Below, piece by piece: positions 29,970 through 39,556 of a stretch of 64,000 nt of DNA (positions are counted from its first letter, which is position 1; each line of letters starts with the position of its first letter). The notes beneath the pieces were generated by a model. The model saw only the letters and a program-made list of their open reading frames with translations, was not told the origin of the DNA and did not search any database. The position numbers and the translations under genes are program-made. This DNA comes from Thermoanaerobaculia bacterium (GTDB lineage: Bacteria > Acidobacteriota > Thermoanaerobaculia > Multivoradales > JAIOJS01), in assembly GCA_963806095.1 (NCBI GenBank), contig CAWDWV010000003.1, forward strand, positions 64,657 through 128,656, read 5' to 3'.

Positions 29970-31034
29970 ATGAGCACGACGACCTCGACGACGACTGCCG
30001 CGCCTCCCGCTGGCGGTGCCGCCTCTTTCAACCCGCCGCGCTCCAAGCTGGCGCTCTACACCCAGCTCGCGCGCCCGTTCACGTTGCTGCCGCCGCTGCT
30101 CGGCATCGTCTCCGGCGCCGTCTGCGCCTTCGGCTCGGTGCACAACCCCGATCCGGCCCGGCAGCTCACCTGGTCGGTGATCGCCACCGTCGCCCTCGGC
30201 TCGCTGTGCGCCGCCTTCTTGAACGCCGCCAACAACGCCCTCAACCAGATCTACGACCTCGAGATCGACCGCATCAACAAGCCGACGCGGCCGCTGTGCA
30301 CAGGCGAGCTGTCGCTGCGCGGCGTGTGGATCTTCACCATCGTCTTCTACGTGCTGGCGCTGGTGCCCACCTGGCTGGTGGTCGTGTACCCCTACACCTC
30401 GTGGGGGGAGAAGCTGCGCGCGCCGCTGCCGATGCACCAGACCTTCTTCATCTACCTGCTCGGCTTCGTCTCGACGTTGATGTACTCGGTGCCGGCGTGG
30501 GGGCGGACGAAGGCCCGCGGCATGTGGGCCAACGTCACCATCGCCATCCCGCGCGGCATGCTGCTCAAGGTGGCGGGATGGGCGATGGTGGCCACCATCG
30601 GCTACACCGAGCCCTGGTTCATCGGCGCCATCTTCGCCCTCTTCCTCGTCGGCGCCGCCTCGACCAAGGACTTCGCCGACATCCCCGGCGACCGCGCCGG
30701 CGGCTGCCGCACGCCGCCCATCCTCTACGGCGTGCGCAAGGCGGCGTGGATCATCGCGCCGTTCTTCATCTTCCCCTGGCTGCTGCTGCCGGTGGGCGCC
30801 TGGGTGCGCGACCCGCAGCAGCCGAGCCACCCCATCCTGACCGGCGACCCCATCCTGCTCACCGCGCTCGGCCTGCTGCTGACCGCGTGGGGGACCTACA
30901 CGGTGTGGCTCATCCTGCGCGACCCCGACTCGCTGGCGAAGGTCGAGAACCACCCGTCGTGGACGCACATGTACCTCATGATGATGGCGGCGCAGGTGGG
31001 CTTCGCGCTGGCCTACGTGGTGCGGTTGTCGTGA
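29970..31034 (+). CDS. UbiA-family aromatic/lipid prenyltransferase
   Basis: NNALNQIYDLEIDRINKPTRPLCTG (NxxxDxxxD), a second Asp-rich region KDFADIPGDR, and about 8-9 TM helices. Confidence 0.85.
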   Translation: MSTTTSTTTAAPPAGGAASFNPPRSKLALYTQLARPFTLLPPLLGIVSGAVCAFGSVHNPDPARQLTWSVIATVALGSLCAAFLNAANNALNQIYDLEIDRINKPTRPLCTGELSLRGVWIFTIVFYVLALVPTWLVVVYPYTSWGEKLRAPLPMHQTFFIYLLGFVSTLMYSVPAWGRTKARGMWANVTIAIPRGMLLKVAGWAMVATIGYTEPWFIGAIFALFLVGAASTKDFADIPGDRAGGCRTPPILYGVRKAAWIIAPFFIFPWLLLPVGAWVRDPQQPSHPILTGDPILLTALGLLLTAWGTYTVWLILRDPDSLAKVENHPSWTHMYLMMMAAQVGFALAYVVRLS

Positions 31035-31044
31035 ACCTGACGGG

Positions 31045-33432
31045 CTAGCGCTGGCGGCGACGAAGGAAGCCGACGAGCAGCGGGCTCACCACGACAAGCG
31101 CGAGCACCAAGAGGCCTAGGAGCTTCCACCAACTGCCGCCGATCGCCGCCGTGACGGCCGGCTCCAGCCAGCTGAGCACGGCGAACCAGAACGTGGCGGC
31201 GCCGAACAGCAGGGTCCAGGTGCAACCGGCGCGGGAGACGGGTGATGGTGCGACGAACGCCGGCCCAGGCGGCGAGGGCGAGAACTGCGTCGCGATCAGC
31301 CAGGCGGCGACCGCGAGATCTGCAACGACGACCCCGATCGGTAGCCACGGCAGGCCAACGGCCATCGACGCGATCCACGCGGCGCAGACGACCTGACCGA
31401 GAATGCCGAAGAGCGGACCGAGCGGAATCCCGCGCGAGCCGCCGCCGCGGATCGCCGCCAGCATCTCTGCCACGTCCCAGCGCCGCCAGAGGATGCGAGC
31501 CGCGAGGGCAGGCAGCAGGGCCAGGAGGAGAGCCCCCGCCGCCGGGCGGAGCGCAGCAAGGTCGAGCGTCGCGGGCGCGCCGGGTGGCGCGAAGCCGACG
31601 AGGCCGGCGAGCCAGCCGCCGGCGCGCCGCAGAGACCAGGTGATCAGCAACCGCCAGGCGTTCCATTGGACGATGATCGCCAGCGCCGCGGCAGGCCACG
31701 TCAGCGCGCGGATCGCGCGGAGCCATTGCAGCCGCCAGCGTCGCCGCGGCGTGACGGTGTCTGCCCACGCCGGCCGCGGCGTCAACAGGGGCTGCCCGTC
31801 GGCCGGCACCGCCATCAGCTCGGCGACCACCCGGCTGACGAACTCGTCGCGGTTGCGCCAATACGCCGTGTGGTCACCGATCGTCGAGCCCTCGTTGCAC
31901 AGCTCGACCGAGGCCGGCAACTCGCCATTCTCCCCGGCGTCGGCGGTGGGGTGCGGCCGATCGAGCAGCGGGCCGTTGGGCACCGGGTCGTGCGTCGCGT
32001 AGCAGTCCACCCAGCGCACGCCGGAGCGCGCGAAGTTGTCGATGCGCCGGTGGAGCCCCGGCAGCTCCATGCCTTCCAGCAGGTCCGCCAATCCGGCGGC
32101 GACGAGAGCGAAACCCCCCACGGCGAATGGCAGGAAGGCCAACATCCCGAAGACTTCGTGCACGGCCTGGGTGGCATCGCGGGCCGCTGCTCCTGCCACG
32201 AACTGCGCAAGGGCGCGCAGCAAGACCCAGCTGTAGAGCGCGCCGCCGAGGAGGCCGCCCAGGGTCAGCGCCATCGCCTTCAGGCGATAGCTGCCGGGGC
32301 CCGCCAGGTTGCGCAGCTCTTCGAGCTTGCGCATCCCCGAGCCGAAGGTGATGAGCAGCCGTAGATTGCGCGGCGGCGACTCGCTCAGCGCGTCGTAGGC
32401 CATCGCCGCCCCTTGGCTGTGCGCGAGCACCGCCAGGTTGCCGAATCTCGCTGCCCGTGCCAACCACGCGAGGTCGCGACGCACCTGGCCGACCATCGAC
32501 GCGGCCTCGATCGGCCGCGCCAGCAAGATGTAGCTGTCGCCGACGATGGCGGCGATCTGCCGTTGCAGCGTGCCGAGGGCCTTCCGGAGTTGCGGAATCG
32601 GGATGGCCGCGAGAAGAAAGAGGAGCGCGAGGGACACCTGCGCCAGGAGCGCCAGCGGCAGGCTGGCGAGGAGGCGCAGCGCGGCGACGATCAGCCGCGT
32701 GGACCAGCGCGCGCGGGCGAAGACGCCCTTCGCGGGCCGCGCGGCCCAAATGCGACGGACGGCGGCGCTGTAGTGCGAGCCGAGCGTCCACGGCACGATC
32801 CTGAGACCCCAGCGCGCGAGCTCGGAGAACTTCGGTGGCCAGAAGGTCTCGGCCCACCACGACTCGGCGACGAGCCAGCTCTCCTGGGCAATGCTGCCGT
32901 CGGTAGCGAGGCGACGAATGACCAGCCGTGCGTGCGCAGGAGCTTCCGGGTCGTTCGGCGTATCGCGTCGAGCATCGAGGAGCTCGACGCCGGCGGCGAG
33001 CACACCGGGTGCGAAGCGGCGCGCCTCGTCGAGCGCTTTCCCCGCATCGCCGGCTTTGGGCTTCGCCGGCCGCTCCGTGCTCTCGACGTCGTCGAGCAGC
33101 TCGTGGACCGCCTCGATCGCCCACGCGATGGACTCGCGATCTCCTTTCTCGAACTTCGACTGTGCCTCTAAGTTTCTTAGCAGCTTTCTTAGCGACGCGT
33201 GCAGACTTACTTCTTCTTCGATGGGCAACGTCGCGGTCGCGAGCACTGCATTCACCCAACGATCGTGGAGCCCGTCGCACCACAGGTGCAGCCACTCCAA
33301 GATCGGGCGGCCGAAGTCGGCCAGCGTCTCGCCGCGGCGCTGCACGCCGATGCCGTGCACGAGGAGGACGCCGAGGTCGTACCGCGGCGCGGACGTCGGC
33401 CCTTCGTGCGGATCCGCGGGGTTTTCGGTCAC
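31045..33432 (-). CDS. Large membrane protein with an N-terminal alpha/beta-hydrolase-like (lipase/esterase) domain
   Basis: LLVHGIG (oxyanion-hole-like) and LAVLAHSQGAAMAY (AxSxG nucleophile elbow). Several TM helices lie in the middle and the C-terminus. Confidence 0.55.
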   Translation of the reverse strand: MTENPADPHEGPTSAPRYDLGVLLVHGIGVQRRGETLADFGRPILEWLHLWCDGLHDRWVNAVLATATLPIEEEVSLHASLRKLLRNLEAQSKFEKGDRESIAWAIEAVHELLDDVESTERPAKPKAGDAGKALDEARRFAPGVLAAGVELLDARRDTPNDPEAPAHARLVIRRLATDGSIAQESWLVAESWWAETFWPPKFSELARWGLRIVPWTLGSHYSAAVRRIWAARPAKGVFARARWSTRLIVAALRLLASLPLALLAQVSLALLFLLAAIPIPQLRKALGTLQRQIAAIVGDSYILLARPIEAASMVGQVRRDLAWLARAARFGNLAVLAHSQGAAMAYDALSESPPRNLRLLITFGSGMRKLEELRNLAGPGSYRLKAMALTLGGLLGGALYSWVLLRALAQFVAGAAARDATQAVHEVFGMLAFLPFAVGGFALVAAGLADLLEGMELPGLHRRIDNFARSGVRWVDCYATHDPVPNGPLLDRPHPTADAGENGELPASVELCNEGSTIGDHTAYWRNRDEFVSRVVAELMAVPADGQPLLTPRPAWADTVTPRRRWRLQWLRAIRALTWPAAALAIIVQWNAWRLLITWSLRRAGGWLAGLVGFAPPGAPATLDLAALRPAAGALLLALLPALAARILWRRWDVAEMLAAIRGGGSRGIPLGPLFGILGQVVCAAWIASMAVGLPWLPIGVVVADLAVAAWLIATQFSPSPPGPAFVAPSPVSRAGCTWTLLFGAATFWFAVLSWLEPAVTAAIGGSWWKLLGLLVLALVVVSPLLVGFLRRRQR

Positions 33433-33506
33433 GGGCGAGGTCTCGACAGGTACGGCAACGATAAACCCGCTTCGCCGACCGCTACAATCTCCATGGAGGA
33501 ACTGCC

Positions 33507-34268
33507 GTGGGCGAAGACCGCGACGAGCTGGACGGCTACGACGACCCCGACGATGGCGACGGTCTCGGCGACCTCGACGAGCTCGAAGAGCCGGTCGCCG
33601 CCGACCCCGAGGTGTCGCCGCCGCACGGCGATCGTCTGACCGGCACGGCGGCCAGCATCGCCGCCGCCGACCGCGCGGAAGACCTGGCGCGCCAGGCGTT
33701 CCTGAGCGGCGCGCGCAGCGAAGGCGAGGTGGCGCCGATGCGCATGCTCGCCTTCTACGACCGCCTGCGCGGCCGCATCGTCGCGGCGATCGACAAGCGC
33801 GGCGGGCGGCTGGGCCGCGGCGCCGTCGACGCGCTGCTGGTGGTGCCCGACCTCTTCATGCTGCTGGTGCGCCTGGCGCTCGACCCGCAGGTGCCGGCGT
33901 CGACGCGCGGCCTCATCGGCGGCGCCCTCGCCTACTTCGTGCTCCCCTTCGACCTGCTTCCCGAGGCGCTCGTCGGCGGCCTCGGCTTCATGGACGACGT
34001 GGTGCTGGCGGCGGCGGTGCTCACCCAGGCCCTGGGCCCCGACCTCGAGCCGCGGGCGCGCCGCTACTGGAGCGGCCGCCACGAGCTGCGCGAGGTGCTG
34101 GGCGACGTCGTCGGCGCCGCCCAATCGCTGCTGGGCGAGAACCTCGTCGGCCGGCTCGAGCGGGTGCTCGCCCGCCGCGGCGTCAGCCTGCGGCGCGAAC
34201 GCGAGCCGCGCCACGGCGAGCGCGCCTTCGAGGGCTTCGAAGGCGACCCGGGCTCGGACCTGGCTTAG
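33507..34268 (+). CDS. DUF1232 (YkvA-like) domain protein with an acidic N-terminus
   Basis: ALAYFVLPFDLLPEALVGGLGFMDDVVLAAAVL is the DUF1232 core. Confidence 0.65.
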   Translation: MGEDRDELDGYDDPDDGDGLGDLDELEEPVAADPEVSPPHGDRLTGTAASIAAADRAEDLARQAFLSGARSEGEVAPMRMLAFYDRLRGRIVAAIDKRGGRLGRGAVDALLVVPDLFMLLVRLALDPQVPASTRGLIGGALAYFVLPFDLLPEALVGGLGFMDDVVLAAAVLTQALGPDLEPRARRYWSGRHELREVLGDVVGAAQSLLGENLVGRLERVLARRGVSLRREREPRHGERAFEGFEGDPGSDLA

Positions 34269-34362
34269 CTCCTGCTTGGCGTAGGATCAGGACCGACGCC
34301 CGGCGCAGGCCGCGGCGGATGGATCCCTTGGATGGAGCGGCCGTCCCGGCCGTAGGACGAGG

Positions 34363-36048
34363 GTGGACGCTGAAGCTCCCGCGCGCCGCTGGCTCTGGCT
34401 CGGCATCCTCGCCGCGGCGCTGCTGGCGGCGGCGGCGCTGCGGGTACCCGCCGTGCGCGCCGGCTACCCCTACCTCGCCTACGTCGACGAAGGGCACGTG
34501 CTGCGCCCGGCGCAGAAGCAGATCGCCACCGGCCGCTGGGAACCGGCCGAGAACCACTACCCGCAGCTGCCGTCGCGCCTGATCGCCGGCGCGACCTGGC
34601 TGACCGCCGCCGCCGCGGCGCCGTTCCGCGACGAGCCGCTGCTCGCGCACGCCGATCTCATCAGCGGCCACTACGACGCCATCGACCCGCCCGCGTTGGT
34701 GCTCGTCGGCCGCGGGCTGAGCGTGCTGCTGAGTCTCGGCATCGTCGCCCTCGCCGGCTTCTACGCCCGCCGGCTGGCGGGGGACGGCGCCGGGGCCGTC
34801 GCGGCGACGGCGGCGGCGCTGCTGCCGGCGCTGGTGCTGCGCGGCTCGATCGTCATCGTCGACGTCTACACCACCCTCTTCGCGCTCGCCGCGCTCGCCG
34901 TCGCCTCGTCGGTGCGCAAGCCTCGGCAGTGGTCGCGGGTGCTCCTCGCCGGCGCCTGCTGCGGTCTCGCCCTCACCTCCAAGTACCCGGCCGCGATGGT
35001 GGGCGTCGCGGTCGTCGTCGAGCTGTTGCTGTTGCCGTGGAGCTGGCGGCAGCGGTTGACGCGCGCGGCGGCGGCGGGGCTCGCCGGCGTCGGCACCGCG
35101 CTGCTCGCCATGCCGTCCTTGCTCGTCGAGGGCGCGGTGATCTGGCGTGGGCTGCTGCGCGAGAACGCGGGGTACAGCACCCATCGCAGTCCGTCGTACT
35201 GGGACCAGGCCGTGCGCCGCGCCGAGTGGGACCTGCACTTCGAGCGACCCGAGGTGGGGCTCACTTTCCTCGCCCTGGCGCTGGCCGGTCTCGCGGTGGC
35301 GGCCGCGGTGCCGCGTTGGCGCCGCGACGGCATCGCCTGGAGCGTCTTCGCCGCGCTGATGGTCGGGTTCCACGCCCGCTACGCCTTCCAGCCCTTCCGT
35401 CACCTGCTGCCGGTCGCCGCGGTCTGCTGCGTCGCGGTGGGAGTGCTCGCCGCCTGGCTGGGGGAGCGGCTGCGGCGTCCGGTCGCGTTGGCTGCCGGCA
35501 CCGTCGTCCTGCTCGCCGCCCTCTTCGTGCCCGCGGACGTGCGCTACGTCGTCAAGAGGGCGCAGCTGCGCGACAGCCGCACGCTGGCGACCGAGTGGCT
35601 GCTGCGCCACCGCCGGCCGGGCCAGGGGCTGCTGGTGGTGCGGCAGACGCCGATGGCGTTCGCGGAGGTGCGCCGGCTGGGCGGCAAGACCACGCACGAG
35701 TACTGGAATGGGAAGACGCGGCTTCTCGCGCGGCGCGCCGAGCCGCGCTTCCTGCTCGTCGGAGCGCTCGTGCACCCCGACCGGCGGCCGCTGATCTCCG
35801 ACGCCGACCGCGAGTGGCTGCTGCGCGCCTACGAGGTGCGCGCCACCTTCGGCAGCGCGCCCGGCCTCGCCGGCGGCATCCACTACGCCGACAACCGGCT
35901 GCGCGTCTACGTGCTCGAGCGGCGGCCGGGGGCGCGGCGCTCGCGCAAGGCGGCGAGCAACGTCGAGACCGGCGCGAACTCGTCGTCGGGGAAGTTCACC
36001 GGGTTGTCCCAGAACTCGCCCAAGCCGCCGGCGCCCCAGGATTCGTAG
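34363..36048 (+). CDS. GT-C glycosyltransferase, family 39/ArnT/PMT-like
   Basis: About 11 TM helices. The first-loop YVDEGHVL resembles the PMT/ArnT DE motif. The last ~140 nt overlap the convergent HD gene, so the true 3' end is uncertain. Confidence 0.6.
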   Translation: MDAEAPARRWLWLGILAAALLAAAALRVPAVRAGYPYLAYVDEGHVLRPAQKQIATGRWEPAENHYPQLPSRLIAGATWLTAAAAAPFRDEPLLAHADLISGHYDAIDPPALVLVGRGLSVLLSLGIVALAGFYARRLAGDGAGAVAATAAALLPALVLRGSIVIVDVYTTLFALAALAVASSVRKPRQWSRVLLAGACCGLALTSKYPAAMVGVAVVVELLLLPWSWRQRLTRAAAAGLAGVGTALLAMPSLLVEGAVIWRGLLRENAGYSTHRSPSYWDQAVRRAEWDLHFERPEVGLTFLALALAGLAVAAAVPRWRRDGIAWSVFAALMVGFHARYAFQPFRHLLPVAAVCCVAVGVLAAWLGERLRRPVALAAGTVVLLAALFVPADVRYVVKRAQLRDSRTLATEWLLRHRRPGQGLLVVRQTPMAFAEVRRLGGKTTHEYWNGKTRLLARRAEPRFLLVGALVHPDRRPLISDADREWLLRAYEVRATFGSAPGLAGGIHYADNRLRVYVLERRPGARRSRKAASNVETGANSSSGKFTGLSQNSPKPPAPQDS

Positions 36049-36537
36049 AGCGTCGCCTTGATCATCAGCTGCAGCTTGTCGCAGGCGGCGACGAAGCGCG
36101 CCTCCGGCGTCGCCTTGGCGCGGTACTCGCGATAGAGCGCGACCGCGCGGTCGCCGAGCGGCGCCAGCAGCTCGCGAAAGCGCCGCTTCCTCGGCGGCGT
36201 GCTTGGCGCCGTCGGGCAGGTAGCGCGCCGCGGTGCGCGGCAGGTCGCCCAGCCGCACCTCGGCGAGGTCGTGGACGATGGCGAGCTCGGCGGCGCGCGC
36301 CGCGTCGAGCCCCGGCACCTCGGCGGCGAGCGCCCACACCAGCAGCACGACGTGGAAGGCGTGCTCGCTGACGCTCTCCGGCTCCGCCACGCCGCGCAGC
36401 GCCCAGCCGCTGCGCGGCACGCGGTCGAGGATCTGCAGCTCGAGCAGCGAATCGAGGAGCGAGTCGTGGCGTTGCACGGGCGTGAGTCTATGGGGCTCGG
36501 CGCCGCGGCGAGCGACGGCGTAGGATTCACCGCGCAT
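35907..36537 (-). CDS. HD-domain phosphohydrolase (YfbR-like 5'-deoxynucleotidase family); single frameshift
   Basis: [25 protein letters not shown] and [12 protein letters not shown]. The frame switches near 36185-36195 (AAEEAA|[11 protein letters not shown]). Confidence 0.75.
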
Positions 36538-36561
36538 CGCTGGCAACCGGGAGGTGGCCCC

Positions 36562-37014
36562 ATGTTCAAGGAGTTCCGCGAGTTCGCCGTGCGCGGCAGC
36601 GTCGTCGACCTCGCCGTCGGTCTCATCATCGGCGCTTCGTTCGGCACCATCGTCAAGTCGGTGGTCGACGACCTGCTGATGCCGCCGCTCGGCCTGGTCA
36701 CCGGCGGCATGGACTTCGCCGACCAGTTCGTGCTGCTCAAGGCCGGCAACCCGAGCGGGCCCTACCTCAGCCTCGAGCAGGCCAAGGCCGCCGGCGCGGT
36801 GACGATGAACTACGGCGCCTTCCTCAACAACGTGGTGAGCTTCGTCCTCGTCGCCTTCGCCGTCTTCCTGATCGTGCGCGCCGTCAACCGGCTGCACCGC
36901 GAGGAGCCGCCGCCGCCGCCGAGGAGCAAGAGCTGCCCGTTCTGCGCCACCGACATCCCGGCCGCCGCCGTGCGCTGCCCGCACTGCACGTCGGAGCTGC
37001 CGAAGGCGGCCTGA
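36562..37014 (+). CDS. mscL: Large-conductance mechanosensitive channel MscL with a C-terminal CxxC..CxxC extension
   Basis: [31 protein letters not shown] and [23 protein letters not shown]. The tail is [19 protein letters not shown]. Confidence 0.9.
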   Translation: MFKEFREFAVRGSVVDLAVGLIIGASFGTIVKSVVDDLLMPPLGLVTGGMDFADQFVLLKAGNPSGPYLSLEQAKAAGAVTMNYGAFLNNVVSFVLVAFAVFLIVRAVNRLHREEPPPPPRSKSCPFCATDIPAAAVRCPHCTSELPKAA

Positions 37015-37042
37015 TCGAGGCGCCGGTCAGGCTGCCGCGACG

Positions 37043-37636
37043 ATGGCTTCCGCAGAGAACGAGGTGACGGCGGCGCTCGCGGCATGGAGTGCCGGCGATC
37101 GGGAGGCGCTGCCGCGGGTGCTGCCGCAGATCTACGACGAGCTGCGGGCGCTCGCCGCGCAGCACCTGCGCAAGGAGCGCGCCGGCCACACGCTGCAGGC
37201 GACGGCCCTCGTCAACGAGGCGTTCCTCCGCCTCTGCGGGCGCGAGCGCGTGCACGTCGAGGCGCGAGTGCAGTTCTTCGCCGTCGCCGCGCAGGCGATG
37301 CGGCGCGTGCTCGTCGACCACGCCCGCAGGCGGCAGGCGGGCAAGCGCGGCGGTCGCGAGACGCCGGTGCCGCTCACCGAGGTCGCCGCGGCCGAGCTCG
37401 CCGCCGCGCCTGAGGAGGTGGACGTCCTCGACGTCGACGCCGCGCTGACGCGACTCGCCGCCCTCGACGCGCGGCAGGCGCGAGTGGTGGAGCTCAGGTT
37501 CTTCGCCGGCATGGAGGTCGAGGAGATCGCGGCGGCCCTCGACGTCTCGGCCTCGACGGTGCGGCGCGAGTGGCGGATGGCGCGCGCCTGGCTGCGCGGG
37601 CAGCTGGCGGGCGGCGCGGCGACCGCGCGCGGGTGA
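37043..37636 (+). CDS. ECF-type RNA polymerase sigma factor (Sigma70_ECF family)
   Basis: AWSAGDREALPRVLPQIYDELRALAAQHLRKER, LQATALVNEAFLRL and VVELRFFAGMEVEEIAAALDVSASTVRREW. Confidence 0.85.
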   Translation: MASAENEVTAALAAWSAGDREALPRVLPQIYDELRALAAQHLRKERAGHTLQATALVNEAFLRLCGRERVHVEARVQFFAVAAQAMRRVLVDHARRRQAGKRGGRETPVPLTEVAAAELAAAPEEVDVLDVDAALTRLAALDARQARVVELRFFAGMEVEEIAAALDVSASTVRREWRMARAWLRGQLAGGAATARG

Positions 37637-37719
37637 GTGCCGACAGCGCGCGAACGGCCGCTACCCCTCGTGGCATACTCGGCCGGCCGCCGTCGCCGCG
37701 GCGGCGCCTCCCCCCAGCC

Positions 37720-38562
37720 ATGACCGATCCCCGGCCCGGCTCGCTCCCCCGGATCTCCGTCGTCGTGCCGGTGTTCGACGAGGAGCCGAACCTCGCGCCG
37801 CTGGTGGCCGAGATCGGTGCCGCGCTCGCCGGCCTCGACTACGAGCTCCTGGTGGTCGACGACGGCAGCCGCGACGGCACCGCTGCCACGCTCGCGCGCC
37901 TCGCCGGCGAGCAGCCGCGCCTGCGGCCGCTGCGCCACGACCGCAACTACGGCCAGTCGGCGGCGCTCGCCACCGGCTTCGCCAGTGCGCGCGGCGAGCT
38001 GCTGGTGACGCTCGACGGCGACCTGCAGAACGACCCGGCGGACGCGCCGCGCCTGCTCGCCGAGCTCGACCGCGGCTTCGACGTCGTCTCCGGCGTGCGC
38101 CGGCGGCGGCAGGACAGCTGGGTGCGCAGGGTGTCGTCGCGTGTCGCCAACAGCGTGCGCCGGCGCGTGCTCGACGACGGCATCACCGACGTCGGCTGCT
38201 CGCTCAAGGCTTACCGCACGCGCGTCGTCAAGCGGCTGCCGCCGTTCGCCGGCATGCACCGCTTCCTACCCGCGCTCGCCCGCATGGAGGGGGCGCGCGT
38301 CACCGAGCTGCCGGTGGCCCACCGGCCGCGCCGCTTCGGCAAGAGCAAGTACAACATCAGCAACCGCCTGTGGCGCGGCATCGCCGACCTGCTCGGCGTC
38401 TGGTGGCTGCAGCGCCGCTGGGTAGCCGTCGCCAACGTCGAGGAGATCGCCGCGTGCACATCGACAGCATCTGGACCGTCGTCGGCTTCGCCGGGCAGGG
38501 CCTCTTCTTCTGCCGCTTCTTCGTCCAATGGCTCGCCTCCGAGCGCGCCAAGCGGAGCGTGA
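37720..38562 (+). CDS. GT2 polyprenyl-phosphate glycosyltransferase (DPM1/ArnC-like); 3' end uncertain
   Basis: ISVVVPVFDEEPNL, LVVDDGSRDGT, LDGDLQNDP and RRFGKSKYN. Conservation ends at about 38445, and the ORF tail overlaps the next gene. Confidence 0.8.
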   Translation: MTDPRPGSLPRISVVVPVFDEEPNLAPLVAEIGAALAGLDYELLVVDDGSRDGTAATLARLAGEQPRLRPLRHDRNYGQSAALATGFASARGELLVTLDGDLQNDPADAPRLLAELDRGFDVVSGVRRRRQDSWVRRVSSRVANSVRRRVLDDGITDVGCSLKAYRTRVVKRLPPFAGMHRFLPALARMEGARVTELPVAHRPRRFGKSKYNISNRLWRGIADLLGVWWLQRRWVAVANVEEIAACTSTASGPSSASPGRASSSAASSSNGSPPSAPSGA

Positions 38563-38762
38563 TCCCGCAGGCCTTCTGGTACTTCAGCCTCGGCGGCGGC
38601 ACGGTGCTGCTGCTCTACGCGATCTTCTCGCTGCACGACCCGGTGTTCACCGTCGGCCAGGCGGCGGGGCTCTCGATCTACGCCCGCAACCTGTGGTTCA
38701 TCCACAAGGGCGCCAAGCCGCCCGGGGCGAGCGGGGACCCCGCCGGCGACGCGGCAGTTTGA
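38454..38762 (+). CDS. Lipid-A-biosynthesis N-terminal (LAB_N) domain membrane protein
   Basis: GFAGQGLFFCRFFVQWLASERAKRSVIPQAFWYFSLGGGTVLLLYAI is the LAB_N signature. Confidence 0.7.
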   Translation: MHIDSIWTVVGFAGQGLFFCRFFVQWLASERAKRSVIPQAFWYFSLGGGTVLLLYAIFSLHDPVFTVGQAAGLSIYARNLWFIHKGAKPPGASGDPAGDAAV

Positions 38763-38788
38763 AGCTCGCGAACGCATCCGCCGCGCGC

Positions 38789-38816
38789 TTGACAGCCCTC
38801 GGCGGATTGATATCCT
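38789..38816 (+). promoter_or_regulatory. Sigma70-like promoter candidate for the respiratory cluster
   Basis: TTGACA (38789-38794), a 16-nt spacer, then TATCCT (38811-38816). It lies about 80 nt upstream of the ActA-like start. Confidence 0.35.
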
Positions 38817-38893
38817 GCGCCCCGGTTTTCGAGGCCATAAAAGCAGTGCAGACCGAAGCGGCGAAAGTCACCTCGCGGTAACGGGAGCGTTCG

Positions 38894-39541
38894 TTGGCGC
38901 AGGTCTTTCCACAGTGGGCGAACAAGGTCCCCCTCATCATTGGCGTCGGCGCGGTCGGCTTCGCGCTCTTCGCCACCTTCGGCATTTGGTACTGGTTCTC
39001 CCCGGCCTTCACCGACGCCGGCTATCGCCCCGAGCAGCCGGTGCCGTTCAGCCACAAGCTGCACGCCGGTGACCTGCAGGTCAGCTGCCTCTACTGCCAC
39101 GGCAACGTCGAGCGCGCCGCGGTGGCCTCGGTGCCGTCGACGCAGCTGTGCATGAACTGCCATGCGCTGGCGGCGCGTGACAAGGCGAGCCTCGAGCCGG
39201 TGCGGGCGAGCGCCAGCAGCGGCCAGCCGCTGATGTGGGTGCGGGTGCACAAGGTGCCCGACTACGCCTTTTTCACCCACGCGCCCCACCTGCGCGCCGG
39301 CGTCGGCTGCAGCAGCTGCCACGGCGACGTCAAGACGATGGAGCGCATCCAGCAGGTGGAGCCGCTGTCGATGGCATGGTGCCTCGACTGTCACCGCGAT
39401 CCGAAGCGCCACCTGCGGGCGCCGGACGAGCTGCTCGACACCGCCTGGCAGGCGCCGCAGGACCAGGACGTGCGCGCCGCCAAGTGGCTGTCGGAGCGCC
39501 AACTGGCGCCGCCGGTGGACTGCACCGGTTGCCACCGCTAG
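38894..39541 (+). CDS. actA: Pentaheme cytochrome c, ActA-like (Alternative Complex III subunit A family)
   Basis: An N-terminal TM anchor plus five CxxCH motifs: CLYCH, CMNCH, CSSCH, CLDCH and CTGCH. Confidence 0.8.
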   Translation: MAQVFPQWANKVPLIIGVGAVGFALFATFGIWYWFSPAFTDAGYRPEQPVPFSHKLHAGDLQVSCLYCHGNVERAAVASVPSTQLCMNCHALAARDKASLEPVRASASSGQPLMWVRVHKVPDYAFFTHAPHLRAGVGCSSCHGDVKTMERIQQVEPLSMAWCLDCHRDPKRHLRAPDELLDTAWQAPQDQDVRAAKWLSERQLAPPVDCTGCHR

Positions 39542-39556
39542 AGCACACACCGAGCC

